From NCBI GenBank assembly GCA_046563655.1, contig CM102284.1, positions 4,526,001-4,590,000 on the forward strand: a stretch of 64,000 nt of DNA, given 5' to 3'. Each line of letters starts with the position of its first letter. Position 1 is the first letter of the stretch. Source of the DNA: Yuukianura sp. NJ FZ-2021 (lineage: Eukaryota). Shown piece by piece: positions 63,346-64,000 of this stretch. The position numbers were made by a program, and so were the translations under genes. The notes under the pieces were generated by a model. The model made no database searches and was not told where the DNA came from. It saw nothing but the letters and a program-made list of their open reading frames with translations.

Positions 63346-64000
63346 GAATGTCGCTGGCGTCTCCAGGGATGTCACTAAATTCTCCTGGTATGTCGCTTCC
63401 CTCTCCAGCGATGACGTCACCTTGTCCCTCCGGCCTCCTGCAGTCGCCGGCGAGCTTAGCAAGTCCTGCCGTAAGTCTTCCTAGTCTCCAGTCACCGTTG
63501 ACACCGTGTCTCGACGACAGGCATGCCATATCCTCCGTTGGATCCTCAGCAAGTTCCTCCCACAAAAACACGTCCAACAGTCACCACCACCACTCCACAT
63601 CAAATCACATCTTCACCACAAATTCTTCTTCGTCGACCACGCCTTCCTCATCCTCCTCGACGTCACCACCAATGTCATCTCTCATCCTTGGACTTCACTC
63701 TACCTTTAACCCCAACTCCAGCAGTAACAGCAGTAGTCATCAAAAACAGCACGGTAGCAGCAATCCTTTCGGGCCATTCTTTGGAGCTAATGGAACATTT
63801 CCTGGACTGGCTGGACTGAGTCTCAGTTTCAAAGGCCCACATCGAAGTCCCGTGGGAGCCAATCCACATGACATCAACAATCCTCTTAGCGTCAATCAAC
63901 TGACGAATAACAACAATAATCACCACCATCACAACCACACGACTTCCAGTATTAAACGGAGTAGTGGCAATTCCAGTTCCAGTAGTCTTACTTCCAAGAC
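63346..64000 (+). CDS. pan: TCF/pan C-terminal tail exon, open to the window end; SPGMSL repeats, His/Ser/Asn runs, PVGANPHDINNPLSVNQLT block
   Basis: attAG acceptor; phase 1; I found no stop in this frame through 64000. The GANPxDxNNPLS block resembles a conserved invertebrate TCF tail motif (recalled, not searched). Confidence 0.88.

Larger units (their letters stand above)
5862..64000 (+). other. pan: TCF/LEF (pangolin-like) HMG-box transcription factor gene, partial at both ends; multi-exon with a 48.4-kb intron
   Basis: Manually spliced, phase-consistent GT-AG exons give [80 protein letters not shown] (TCF HMG box), basic tail KKKKRKK and C-clamp [28 protein letters not shown]. No beta-catenin-binding exon was found in 1-5861, so that stretch is probably upstream intron. 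Confidence 0.97.

Noticed and set aside
63044-63938. Antisense and alternate-frame ORFs over the last exons
   Set aside because: Shadows of the GC-richer low-complexity TCF coding sequence.
1-64000. tRNA, rRNA or snRNA genes; species assignment
   Set aside because: None recognised by eye; a covariance-model search would be needed. The sequence supports an arthropod-like origin but not a species call.

Overview
AT-rich eukaryotic, almost certainly arthropod, genomic DNA. It is occupied end to end by one + strand gene, the Wnt/beta-catenin effector TCF/LEF (pangolin-like). I traced 13 phase-consistent GT-AG exons from 5862 to the window end (about 618 codons, isoform A path). They encode the context/Groucho-binding region, the HMG box, the basic tail, the C-clamp and a long Ser/Pro/His-rich tail. 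The N-terminal beta-catenin-binding exon(s) and the stop codon are not in the window. The main point of interest is the splicing architecture. (i) The second half of the HMG box is duplicated as two cassettes, A (59387-59488 + 59576-59633) and B (60195-60351), whose joint inclusion gives an immediate stop. (ii) Two crossing long-range intronic complementarities could loop out A or B alternately. (iii) A consensus recursive-splice (ratchet) site, AG|GTAAGT at 27677/27678, lies near the middle of a 48.4-kb intron. (iv) An in-phase alternative terminal exon (62120-62477) truncates the C-clamp. The large intron also holds a 5'-truncated CRE-like non-LTR retrotransposon with target-site duplication, a DINE-1/HINE-like element carrying an E-box minisatellite, and candidate nuclear-receptor, TCF and E2F-like motifs. 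Most ORF-track ORFs are spurious. All isoform and regulatory claims are sequence-based predictions without transcript data.
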